From the human T2T-CHM13v2.0 reference genome, Homo sapiens, in the NCBI RefSeq assembly GCF_009914755.1, contig NC_060925.1: a stretch of DNA of 64,000 nt; one strand, written 5' to 3'. How positions within the stretch are numbered: position 1 is the first letter of the stretch; each line of letters begins with the position of its first letter. The notes beneath the pieces were generated by a model that was not told the DNA's origin, ran no database searches, and worked only from the letters and a program-made list of their open reading frames with translations. Made by a program: the position numbers and the translations under genes. Shown here one piece after another: positions 12,945 to 25,248 of this stretch.

Positions 12945-15543
12945 CAGAGAGAGAACTACAGGCTAATAACATCCCTGATGAATACAGATGCAATAATTCT
13001 CAAGAAAATACTAGCAAAGCAAATCCAACAACACATCAAGAAGATAACACACTATGATCAAGTGGAATTTATTCCAGGAATGCAAGGATAGTGCAACACA
13101 GGCAAATCAACAAAATGTCATGGATCACAACAGTAGAATGAAGGTCAAAAGACCATATAATTATATAATTGTCTTAAGTGTTGAAGAAAAAGCATTTGAG
13201 AAAATTAAACCTCCCTTCATGATTAAAACTCTCAGTAAATTAAGTATAAAGTACCTCAACATAATAAATGCCATGTATGAGAAACCTGCAGCTAACATCT
13301 TACTGAATGAAAAAAAGCTGAAAGCTTTTTCTCTAAGAACTGGAATAAGACAAAGATACCTGCTCTACCATTCTTATTCAATATAGTACTGCAGTTCTAC
13401 CTTGAGCAATTAGGCAAGAGAAAGAAATAAAGGGCATCCAGTTTGGAAAAGAGGAAGTCAAATTGTCCCTATTTGCAGATGATGTGATCTTATATATAGA
13501 AAAACCTAAAGATTCTACCATGCAAATTTTGAACTAATAAACAAATTCAGTAAAGTTGCCAGATACAAAATCAACATACAAAAATTAGTAACATTTCTAT
13601 ATGCCAAGAGTGAAAAATCTGAAAAAGAAACCAAGGAATTAATCCTATTTACAGTAGCTACAAATGAAATAAAATTCTTAGGAATAAATTTAACCAAGGA
13701 GGTGAAAGACGTCTACAAGGAAAACTACAAAACATGGGTGAAAGAAATTGAAGAGGGTATAAACAAATGGAAGACATCCTATAATCACGTATCAGAAGAA
13801 TTAAAAATATTGTTAAAAAGACCATACCAATCAAAGCAATCTGCAGATTCAATGCAATCCCTATCAAAATACCAATGACATTCTTCACAGACATAGAAAA
13901 ATAAAACCTAAAATGTGTGCAGAACCACACACACACAAAAAATCCCAAAGAGCCAAAACAATCCTAAGCAAAAAAAACGAAGCTAAAGACATCACATTAC
14001 CAGGCTTTGAAATATAATACAATGCTGTAGTAACAAAAACAGCATGGTACTGGCACAATAACAGACACATAGACCAATGGAACAAAATAGAGAACCCATA
14101 AACTAATCCACGTATTTACAGTCAACTGATTTTTGACAAAGATGCCAAGAACACTTATTGTGGAAAGAGCAATCTCTTTAATAAATGATGCTAGGGAAAC
14201 TGGATATCCATATACAGAAGAAGGAAACTAGACCCCTGCCTCTCATTCTATACAAAAATCAACTGTAAAAGGGGCAAAGATCTAAATGTAAGACCCAAAA
14301 CTATAAAATTACTAGAAGAAAACATAGGGGAAACACTTCAGGACATTGGCTTGGGAACAGACTTATTATGAATGAGACCTCAAAAGCACAGAGAGCAAAA
14401 GCAAAAATAAGCAAATGGGATTATGTCAAATCAAAAAACTTTTGCACAGCAAAGGAAACAACCAATAGAGTGAAAAGACAACCTACAGAATGGGAGAAAA
14501 TATTTGCAAACTGTTCATCTGACAGGAGATTTATATCCAGAATATACAAGGAACTCAAACATCTCAATAGCAAAAAGGCAAAAAAAATCTGATTAAAAAG
14601 TGGGCAAAGGATCTGAACAGACATTTCTCAAAAGAAGAAATACGAACAGACAACAAAGGTATAAAAGGATGCTCAACATCACTAATAATCAGAGACATGC
14701 AAATAAAAAACAACAGTAAGATATCTCACCATGGTTTGGATGTCTATTATCAAAAAAACAAAAATTAAATGCTGGTGAGGATACAGAGAAAGGGAACTCT
14801 TACACACTGTTGGTGGGAATGTAAACTAGGGAAGCTACTATGGAGAACAGTATGGGGGTTCCTCAAAAAAACACAAACAGAAGTACCATATGATCCAGCA
14901 ATCCTGCTACTGGGCATTTATTCAAAGGAAAGGAAATCAGTATATTGAAGAGACATCTGCACCCCCATGTTTATTGCAGCACTATTTATAATAGCCAAGA
15001 TATGGAATCAACCTAGGTGTCCATGAATGGGTAAAGAAAATGTGGTATATATACACAATGAAATACTATTCAGCCATAAAAAAATAAAATCCTGTCATTC
15101 ATGGAAACATGGATGGAACTGGAGGACATTTTGTTGAGTGAAATAAGCCAGAAACAGAACATTCAACACTGCATGCCTTCACACATATGTAGAAGATTAA
15201 AAAAAAAGTAGATCTCATAGAAGTAAAAAGTAGAATGAAAGATACTAGTGGTTTGGAAGGGGAGGGGAAAGGGAGGAATAGGGAGAGATGTATTAAAGGA
15301 TTCAAAATTATAGCTAGATAGGAGGAATAAGTTCTAGTATTCTATACCACTGTAGAATAACTATTATTAATAATAATGTATAGTTTCAAATAGCTAGAAG
15401 GAGAATATTGAATGTTCCCAACACAAAGAAATAATAAATGTTTGAGATGATAGATACACTAATTACCCTAAATCGATCACTCTAATTGTATGTATCAAAA
15501 CATCACTATGTACCCCATAAATATGTTATGTGTCAATTAAAAC
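11320..15543 (+). mobile_element. 5'-truncated L1MA3-type LINE-1: degenerate ORF2 (EN, RT, C-terminus) plus 3'UTR
   Basis: ORF pieces [43 protein letters not shown]; 3'UTR aaaattatagctagataggaggaataagttctag..ttgaatgttcccaacacaaagaaa; many stops and frameshifts. Confidence 0.92.
12898..12954 (+). repeat. (GA)n microsatellite expanded inside L1 ORF2
   Basis: Read directly. Confidence 0.95.
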
Positions 15544-16362
15544 CTACTAAAATCCATATTCATCTAAGCTACACAATAAATCGGTAATAAAATAAAAGGA
15601 AGTCATGAATTTACTAGTCTGTCTGATGAAAAATTGTTCTTAATGTTTTGATTATATCAAAAACATTGCTTAGGTATTAAGGTTATAAGAAAAGATTGTG
15701 TGAACACATTTGATTGTTCAGTCTTAAAGAGATTTTTGAGACAATAGTAGATAATTTCCAAGGATGTTTTAAGGTAGTAATGGTATAATAAAACAGGGGA
15801 TACATTAAAAAAACCTCTAGGATTGCTTTGAATCTGGAAGTTCATATTTTTTGTGTGTAGTGAAAAAGCAGACTATTTCTAAAATTTACAAACCAATTCA
15901 AATTTCTTTTTTCCATTATAAGAATTTGCATAAGCCATTACTTCTATCTCTTTTATTTGTTGCTTTTGAATTGAATAAATTTAGAATGTAAGGTAGGGTT
16001 TACTTTTAAACTTTCTTTTCTTAGAAAAGTTTTCCTGACTCATTAGTTTTGTGAATGTTGTGTAATACTGAGTTCAGGTATTCAACTTGATAACATTTCA
16101 TGTAACTGAATGGTCAGTCCATATGTCATGTAAGAACCAATAACCCTGTTTCCTTCTACCTTGTCCTGAGCAGACATTATCATCTAAGTCTCTTCATTCT
16201 TACAAGTTGAATTTGCTCAACCCTTTTATCTTTTTTGCACTGAAATACTCTTGCTAGTGCCCCCAGAGATCTCTCAATGGTAGCATCTGATGTATGATTT
16301 TTAGGCAGTACCTGGAGAGACAGTGAGATGTATTTGAAAGATGATGTGTTTTTTATTTAGAC

Positions 16363-17009
16363 CAGGTGTTGGCAAACTTTCTGCAAAAGACCAGGTAGTA
16401 AATATTTTAGTTACTGTGGTCCACATGATCTCTGTCACAACTACTTCACTCTGCAACTGCAGCATTAAAGCAGGTATAAAAAAATATTTAAACAACTAAG
16501 CATGACTGTGTTCCAATAAATGCTATTTATGAACACTGAAACTTGAATTTCATATAATTTTCATGTGTCACAAAGTATTTTTTTTTTAGTTTTTTCAACA
16601 ACTAAAAAATGTAACAGTCAGCTGGGTGCCCGGTGGCCCACGCCTGTAATTCCAGCACTTCGGGAGGCCGAGGCGGGTGGATCACTAGAGGTCAGGAGTT
16701 GGAGACCAGCCTGGCCAACATGGTGAAATCCCATCTCCACTAAAAGAACAAAAATTAGCCAGGTGTGGTGGTGGGCGCCTGTAATCACAGCTACTTGGGA
16801 GGCTGAGGCAGGAGACTCACTTGAACCTGGGGGCAGAAGTTGCAGTGAGCTGAGATCACACCACTGCACTTCAGCCTGGGTGACAGAGTGAAATGCTGTC
16901 TCAAAAAAAAAAAAAAAAAAAAAGGTAAAAGTCATTCTTAGCTCACAGGCTGTGGAAAAATGGTGAGTGGCATTTGGCATATGGGTTGTAGTTTGCAGAT
17001 CCCTCCTTG
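16363..17009 (+). mobile_element. MER58B (hAT-Charlie) split by an Alu
   Basis: caggtgttggcaaac...tgtagtttgcagatccct termini; gtgttccaataaa; 8-bp TSD atttagac (16355-16362)/ctttagac (17010-17017). Confidence 0.88.
16620..16923 (+). mobile_element. AluS (Sx/Sz-like)
   Basis: Full dimer and poly-A; TSD aaatgtaacagtca/aaaggtaaaagtca. Confidence 0.95.
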
Positions 17010-17017
17010 CTTTAGAC

Positions 17018-17215
17018 AGACCTAGCTTTACATAGCAGCTCCATTAATTATTGGCTTTATGTTCTTGGGTACATTAGTTTACTTTTCTGAGTTTCAGTTT
17101 TGTCAGTAAAATCGGAATTTGTGTATGAAGTATTTGTAAGGATTAAATTAGATAATGTATGTAAAACACATACTGCAGTAATTGTTAATAGTAAGTAATT
17201 TGTAAATAGCAAATA
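17018..17215 (+). mobile_element. MIR
   Basis: ttctgagtttcagtttt..gtaaaat; gtaaggattaaattagataatgtatgtaaaacac. Confidence 0.7.
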
Positions 17216-17346
17216 TAAGGGCAATAGTTTGAATCATAAATGATTAACTTGCTTGATGACTCTTCCTTAATTAATGCTGTTAACTTCTTTTTTCTCAAAT
17301 GGAAACATCTTTCTTATTCATGTTTAAAATAATATACATTCTTTTA

Positions 17347-17618
<272 letters not shown>

Positions 17619-17799
17619 TAATAAGATGATAAGAATAAGATTAACCCACAGGGTTAATCCCATAACAACCCTAGTATATAGATATGACCATCTCCTTCAT
17701 TTCATATATAAGGAGACTGAGTCTCAGAGATGTTAGGTATTGCCTAAGCTTACCATTTATATAATGTTTATTTACTTTTTCCTGCCCAGAAAAAAATGT

Positions 17800-18300
17800 C
17801 TCTCTTGGGGGAATTGTGCTTTTTCCATCCCAAATGTGGCTGTGGTGGGGGGTCAATCAGATTCTCACCCCCTGTGGCTACAGGGTAGACATGTGTGTCG
17901 GAAAGGGTCTAACCCCATGCCCTGCTGCCCTGGCCTGTTGTATTATTTGTCCACAGTTGACCATGTGATCCGGGCATGCCCAATCAGCAGCATTTCCTGA
18001 AGTAATTTTAATTGAAGCACCAGGGAACCTCTTTTCTCTTTAGCCACGAGTCTTGGAGAACATAAGTTTAGTATTACCTGAAGCCATGGATTGAACTTGT
18101 GGGAACAGCTGGCCTGGGAGAATGAAGCCAGTATGAGGAAGCAGTGCTGGTAGGCTCTGGGAAGGGAGAGAGAAAAAACCTGATGACGTTTGACTCCCCA
18201 GATCCAGGCATTTCTGAAGGCAGATCTGCCCCTGGATTCCCTATGGCTTGATGGTGCAAGCCTTGACCAAAACTTTTTCCTTGGGTTGGTTTTATTTTGT
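17800..18300 (+). mobile_element. MLT1K/L-like MaLR LTR relic
   Basis: gagaatgaagcca..gaggaagcag; cctgatgacgtttgactccccagatccaggcatttctgaaggcagatctgcccctgga. Confidence 0.65.
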
Positions 18301-18558
18301 TTTTCCTGTGTGTGTGTATGTTTTCAGTCAAGATTATGGACTGAGCAGCTAGAATCAGGATGTAAGCCCATATATGGCTGACCCTAGAGCCTTGAGCTTC
18401 TCTCCCTTTCCTCTTCAGAGACAACCACTGCTAGTGGTTTGATATTTTCCTCGTGACTGACTTTTGGTTTTTAAAATGACTATGCAAATATTGTGGTATA
18501 CATGAATATTTAAATTTGTCACTAATTTAAATTTATGCTTGCCCCAACACTGTCACAC

Positions 18559-18999
18559 TGTATATCTTCTGTTGCCTCTCCAGGTGCACCCCATACTCCT
18601 TTCCATCCTTACCAGCTCCAGCCTGTTTTGTGCTCTGGGAGGCTGGCCTGGGAGTAAAGGTCCCTTGGCTTCTGCTTTATGGTAGTGCTGGATTAATGAG
18701 AGATACTGGCAGGAGATGGGAAGGAAAGAGGGGAGTTAAGCTGAGGTGTTGTTTCTCCTGGCTTTCTCTGCAGGGTTGATGAGTGGTGGCTGCCTCCCTT
18801 GACCCAGTGTCACAGTTCCTGGTAGTTGAGCCTGTCTGCTCAGCTTTGTCCTTCTGCTTGTAGCCCTGGGGACTGCACGGTCCTTTATAGGTTCTCTCCA
18901 CCCTGCCCACACACATATTAATAATCCTTTTGTTAAACGCTCTTCAAATTACCCTATTTTAATGTGATCTTTGTTTCCTGTCTGGACTCTGAGTAATAC
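18559..18999 (+). mobile_element. LTR33-type ERVL solo LTR
   Basis: tgtgctctgggaggctggcct; actggcaggagat; ccctgcccacac..taataatcctttt; tgtttcctgtctggactctgagtaatac end. Confidence 0.75.
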
Positions 19000-19029
19000 T
19001 ACTCGTATGAATATCTTTTCCCTCCACAT

Positions 19030-19625
19030 TTCATGTCAAGATATGGTATTACCCACGTTTTAAATCATTTCAGTTCTCATAAGGGGAAAATGGCATCTTG
19101 TTTTAATTTATATTTTTTTGATTATTATTGAGTTTGAACATCTGTTCATATGTGAATTGGTTATTTGCATATTCTTGTTAATTGCTTATTAATATTCTTT
19201 GCCCATTTTTCTTTTGGGTGATCTCTCTCTCTTTTAAATTCCTATTATGAGTGGAATATTTTTTCTATTATGTTTTCCAACTGATTGCTGTTAGCATAAG
19301 TGAAAATTATTGATTTTGTGTTATTCTGTATTTTTCTGAACTCTTTTATAAGTTTTAATAGTTTTAGTTGATTTTCTTGGATTTTCTAATATCATTTGCA
19401 AAGAATGATAATACTGTCTCTTCCGTGCAATTTATGTCACATTTCTTTATCTCGTTTTACTGCATTGGCTAGATCCTCCAAAACACTGTTGGACAATAGT
19501 GGTGTTAATGGGAATCACTGGGCAATAGGAGTGTTAGTGGGAATCACTGGGCAGTAGGGGTGTTAGTGGGGATCATTGGGCAATAGGGGTGCTAGTGGGA
19601 ATCTTTGTCTCATTCTTGACTGTAA
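19030..19625 (-). mobile_element. Old L1M ORF2 fragments
   Basis: gagtttgaacatctgttcatatg; ttgattttcttggattttcta; tgcattggctagatcctccaa. Confidence 0.7.
19494..19603 (+). repeat. G-rich minisatellite, ~3.8 x 29 bp
   Basis: Units start 19494, 19523, 19552, 19581; consensus caataggggtgttagtgggaatcactggg. Confidence 0.93.
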
Positions 19626-20081
19626 CTCAGCTCTTCCCAGAATGTGTTTCACAGAATACTACCACAGAGAGTTAACCCCTTGAGAGAAGTTCAGACTCGT
19701 GCAGAAGCACTTCACACTCTTAAGGAGTCTCAATGCACATAAGCATGTTAAAGGCTCTGAGACTTTTTTTTGTCCTTGCCTAATATAGCTCTGGTAATGA
19801 ATTTTATGCAGTACATTATCAGCTCAATAATTTGCATGGGTCCTGGAGGGCCAAAATACAAACAAAATGTTTTGCGATAATATAGCTAAACCACTGTGGT
19901 TTTATGCAAAAATTCTGCTGAATTATTCTAAGGTTTATTTATTATGCCCCTTCTCAATGCTTTTTACTCTAGAAACATAAGCCACTGTATTTTGTATTTA
20001 AGGGATCAGATGGATCATTCACTATTTTGGCATGTTTGCCTTCAAAAGAAACAATTGAAATGAAAAAACTAACTTAAATGG

Positions 20082-20125
20082 AAGGATAGTGTTAGGAAAC
20101 CATAAGGATAGTGTTAGGAAACCAT
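20082..20125. repeat. Perfect 22-bp tandem duplication
   Basis: aaggatagtgttaggaaaccat x2. Confidence 0.95.
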
Positions 20126-20159
20126 ACTATTCTTGCTCCTTCCTTTTCTTCTCTGTTTT

Positions 20160-20165
20160 ACACAC

Positions 20166-20206
<41 letters not shown>
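20160..20206 (+). repeat. (CA)n microsatellite
   Basis: Read directly. Confidence 0.97.
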
Positions 20207-20208
<2 letters not shown>

Positions 20209-21744
20209 AAACAAAAACATAAAAGCCAAACAAAAAACTCCATACACCAATGGACCTCAAGTTACTATTTTCTCACATGTACACACTTTCTTCTTAATCC
20301 CCTTCTCCCTTCTTTTCCTTTCCATTATTTCTTCCTTCCCCCTTTCCTCTCTTCCAATGCATGCCTAATTATCTCCAGAAAAATCTTTCTGTTATTGCTC
20401 ATTTTCCACCCCAACTATAAGTTAAAAATTATTCTTATCATTATGTCATTATTGATGAAAACAACATTAATATTAGGGAACACCAGTAATAAGGGAAGGG
20501 AAAGACAGTAGTTTTAAAATTTACCATAACTGTATGGCTAATACATGTTGTTATGCAGTCATGTGAAATTAGGCCCTAATAGAGAACTGGTGGTAACCAC
20601 TTCCAAAGACCTTGAAAAAGCTCAGAAGTCCTTTTCAGAATGCTCACAAACATCTCATGTCATGTTGTTTTGTCATCCAATTAAATCTATTGTTCCTAGA
20701 GCATTTAAGAAAAATAAACTATTATTCTTTTTATTCTATTTGACTTTCCATTTTCTTCAATTACTAGGATGAAACAGTCTTGCTTCCTGCTGTATTTCAT
20801 TGCAAATATTTCAGATATGCTATAAACCTAAATTGAGCTTTTATAGATTCTTTTTTTCAGGATAAACCTCATCTTCATTTATTACTTCTAGGGTAATATT
20901 CATCTTAAGTTTCAAAAATATGACATGTAAATAAACTCTGAGAAAACAACTCACTTATAAATTGGCAATTTTCTGCGTGGTGAATAAAAAGAAATACCAA
21001 AAGATATACTCTTCTATATTTACAGACTTTCTTTAGTTAGATTCGGTCAAATTTGTGGATGTGAATTTAAATCACATTTCTAGCTTAATATACAGAATTA
21101 CAGAAATTCAGTAGCATCTCAACTTAATTGATATCTCATTATTTTAGTCATATGTTCTCATTTTTCACTTTAAATTCAATTTCTTTTATTTCTGAAGTTA
21201 GGATTCCGATGTTTTAAAGATTCGATTCATGACTCTATGCTAAATAGAAAGGCATACTGGATTTGTTTTTCTTCTGGACGTGGTTGGGAGTGGTGCCTGG
21301 CAAAATGCCTTTTCCATTAAATAATCATAAAAAGAAAAATTTATTATTGCTAACGAATTCAGGGATTTTGCTTACTGGAAGTAGTCAAGCAGTCTGAGAC
21401 AAAAATACACATTGCAGTATGAACCATAACATTGCTTGGTTTGTAATATAAGAGCTGCTAAATATATTTTGAATATCACAAAGACTGTATTTCTTGCCTG
21501 GAGCATGCTCTTTGTTATACCCTCCGTCTCATATTCTTATCTTTTTCATGAGGAGTAGTGAATCTCAATAAAATCTATGGATTGTGTTATGTTTAAAGGC
21601 TCCTAACTGAACTAATATGTTCACAGATAAGATCAATAATATAGGCGTAAACCTTTAAAATTTAGATGGAAGTGGAAGCTGCCTAATAAAACTCTGGTAC
21701 TGAATTTTATACAACATATACCAGTCTTTTAATTTTATATTCAG

Positions 21745-21945
21745 GTCCCGAAGGACTAGAAGACAAACTGAACACATCTGCGATTTTCTGGATTAAACGA
21801 TTATAGTTTTATGTAAAAACTCTGAATGCACTTAAGGTTTATGTATTGTAAAGACATTGTGTAATGGTTATTCATTTCATTTCTTTGTTAAGAGCCTTTG
21901 TCTAATGTTGAAATTTTGAATTAAAAGTTTTATGTTTACACCTAT
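21745..21945 (+). other. Candidate 3'-terminal exon of an unidentified gene
   Basis: Acceptor ttttaattttatattcag|G, three CpGs in 55 bp, stops in all frames within 62 nt, UTR-like tail with ATTAAA 21920-21925. Confidence 0.3.
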
Positions 21946-24639
21946 TTAGCTGGACCATTAGTTCAGGATGCAGACTAAGGAAGCTCTATAGTTCTAAAGT
22001 AAGCTTCATTCAACATTTTTTTAGAGAGTTGGTATCTAACGCTGTATTTGTAAGGCCATCAGTTATCAAACCATGTAAGTGCTAAATTCCTTTTGAAGCT
22101 TTCAAGAGGTATTTTAATTGAGTTTTCAAAATTGCTTTTGGATCATACAATTCTTTCGTGCTTTATTTCCATTAACAAAATAGTAATTAAAATTAAATTT
22201 TAAAAGAAATAACCACAGTAGGTCATACTTTTATTAACTTGAGGTAGATAATGAACCTGTCCTATATAAAGACTGAGCTAAATCTGCTGAGAGGCTGTGG
22301 ATAGTGTATTTTAATTAAGGTAATCCTTATTTGCATCTAACAAGCAGCATTGCTACTTAGAAATTTAAGACCTTAGTGATGCATATTAGTACATTACCTC
22401 AACAAATCTAATAGAGATTTAATACTTATGTTTTGAGGAGCTATTTGTCATAAAGTAAGAGTATTTGCATAGTAAATTTCAAGGATATTATTCTTTTCAG
22501 AGTTTTCTACAATTAAGCAACACATTAAACATTAAAATTTTATAATTTCTGTAGTGCTGGGAATGCTTGCTTTGTTATTAAACTGAACCTCATTTTCAGC
22601 TGCACATAACCCAATGGAAAAGTCCTGTGTTAATAAAGACATAACGAATGTACTGTCACTAAGGTTTTTTTCCTCTTAAATCTGAGTGATGGCCTATGTA
22701 TTTAAAGAATGTTTTAGCATGCAAAATGCAACTTGGAAGACATCCATTCAGTTGGATGGAGAGTATTTAATCATTTAAAAAGTAGGCCAAAGAGACTTAT
22801 CTCAACCATACTGCTAAATAGTTATGAGCTGCATCATACATAAATTAAGTGTGCTCTAACTGGGGGTATGGATAGACTCTTTCTTTAGTCAATTAAGTGT
22901 TTACAGTATTAGTATCTACTTTAGTTAGTTAGAGTAAAGGAATTAAAGAGACCATTTTAATTAAGAATGACAACTTTATTCTCAAGGTCCTTTTTATTTT
23001 GATAGTTAACAGGATAATTTTAGCATTTGCATTTTATTGATCCAGAGAGAATGATTTTATGAAATATAGCTTAGAAATAAGGCTCAACAGCTGTGTTTAC
23101 CTGTGGTCACGTAGATTTGACTTGTGGTGAAGACCTCTGTCACTTAGACATCTTTACCTGGGAGTAACTTATGTAGGGTATGAAGGGCAAGATTCCTTTC
23201 CTACAAAGAAGGAATTTATACCTTGTTCGGCTTACCTTAGACTTCTGTGTGTTCTTTCTTCTCATTATCTTCTCCCATAAACTAACAAAATCCCTTTGCC
23301 TTTCCAACCAAGAGGAAAAGGTCTAGAAAGTGTTTGCCCCCAGTATCTAGAGAGTTCATTGGCTCCCCTTGCTTGTAGTAGTTTAAAAGATTCCCCACAG
23401 CAGGGAGTGCAAACGTTTAATATTCATTCAATGAGAGTGATGTTTCAAAGAACTAATTCAGGTTATATGGGTGTGGGTGCTCTATATGTGGTCATTTTTA
23501 ATTAAGCGTTGCATCAGTTCTAATAAGAATGCTAAAATATTCAGATACTTAGTTTTATCATATGTTGGAGCCAGTATAGAAGGTGTTATTTCAAGCTGTG
23601 TTTACAAATAAGAAATGTTATCAATATATTTACTATTCTTATATATAATTGGCTAAAAGTGTCTAATAGTTGTAATGTATAAAAACTAGTTACATCTAAG
23701 AGATATTAGTAATAAAATGTTATTTGAATTCTCTTATCATTAGAAGGGCAAGTTGAAGTTGTGGAAATAACAGGCTTCTGAAGAGACTCACTCTGTTGTG
23801 GGTTCAAATCTCAATATTGTGATTCCTGGCTGGGTGATCTTGGGCCTTAATTTCTACATTTGAGCATTGGAAATCACATTGCAAGGGTAAATATTGGTTC
23901 CTTCTTTCCTACACTATCAAATAATATATTAATTTGGAAGCTCTAGTGATTTCATGGACAAAATGTATGGCAACTGTTCCTTCCCTGTTGTGTTTTTGTT
24001 AACTATTCACTCACCCTTACCCCTCATTATTATTTAAGAGTTGAAAAACTAAAGCCCAGAAAGATAAAATGATTGATTTGGGATAAAACCCTAATTAATT
24101 AAAAAATAAAAATGGGTAGCAAAGATCAACTCATCTGGGTCACTCAGTCATGGGAATGCATCAAGTTTTGCCATAATCCCCAACTCCTTACTCTCTCTTA
24201 CAACTGTCACATATCCCTCATGTTGAAGTTACCTTCTTGTTTGCTGTGTACTTTCAAGCCCTTGAGTAAATTCCCTCCTTGCACTCACTACCAAAATGCC
24301 AAGAAGAATCACCTATACTGCTATTTCAATTTCCTTATCATTCTGTTTTCTTACCGCCGTAATAAGCTATTCTTTTCCCAATCATATTTAAAAGAAATTC
24401 TTTTCCAAGGTCATTAATGACCCCTTCTTGGTTACTTAGTGAGGAATTGCCAAATTGTCGGTTATGTCAAAGAATTTATGACCCGATATCTTAGATTAGG
24501 ACTACTTTCAGGCTATTTTGTTGTTTATATTGCAATATTTTAGATGCTCAGTAAAACTTGATGATTGGAAGCTTATCAACTAACAAGCTGACTTGTGGGT
24601 GGCCAAATCTGTCTTCTAATATAGCCATAAGAGCTAAAA

Positions 24640-24887
24640 ATAGCACCCAACACTTAAACACTTACTCAGCACTTTCTGTGTGTCCAGGACTGAGCACTTG
24701 CTCTTTATTAATTCATTTAATTATCACTACAATCCCACAGTGTTGCTATTATTACCATAACCATTTTACTTATGAGGAAACTGAGGCATAAAGAAGATAA
24801 GAAAATCGTCTGCACAAGGAAGTCCTGGAACTGGGAAGCTGATCCAGACAATCTGATGCCATGGCCCAATCTGTTGAGCACTTTGCT
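24640..24887 (-). mobile_element. MIR
   Basis: ccattttacttatgaggaaactgaggcataaaga core. Confidence 0.8.
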
Positions 24888-25039
24888 ATTTTGGCACTTC
24901 CATTTTGTAGGCTAAGGAAAACTGACACAAAGATATGTATGGGGCCCAGATCTTTCCTTCAGTATTTATTTTTTCCATTTGAGGTAGCTCTGGTGAAGGA
25001 CATGTATGGGAAAAGATCGGAGAGGAGAAGGGAGTAATT

Positions 25040-25248
25040 GGAGTCAGCCAGATGTAACTGCGTGTTGGCTCTGCAACTCCCTTGTATGACCTTAGGTGAG
25101 CTGCTGAGCTCTCTGAAGTTCCTGCTCTGTGAAGGGTCATGCTAATACCCACACCATCTGCATCATGGGCTTCTGTTTCATGTCACGTATGTAGCAGATT
25201 TCTGTTCCAGAGTAAGAGCTTTATACACTGTAGCTATTACTATTATTT
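25040..25248 (+). mobile_element. MIR
   Basis: ggagtcag..ggctctgcaact..tgtatgaccttaggtgag; tail tagctattactatta. Confidence 0.6.

Noticed and set aside
19494-19603. CRISPR-like array
   Set aside because: Head-to-tail units with no unique spacers, in primate DNA
20089-20511. 140-aa His/Thr-rich ORF
   Set aside because: Translation of the (CA)n and pyrimidine tracts
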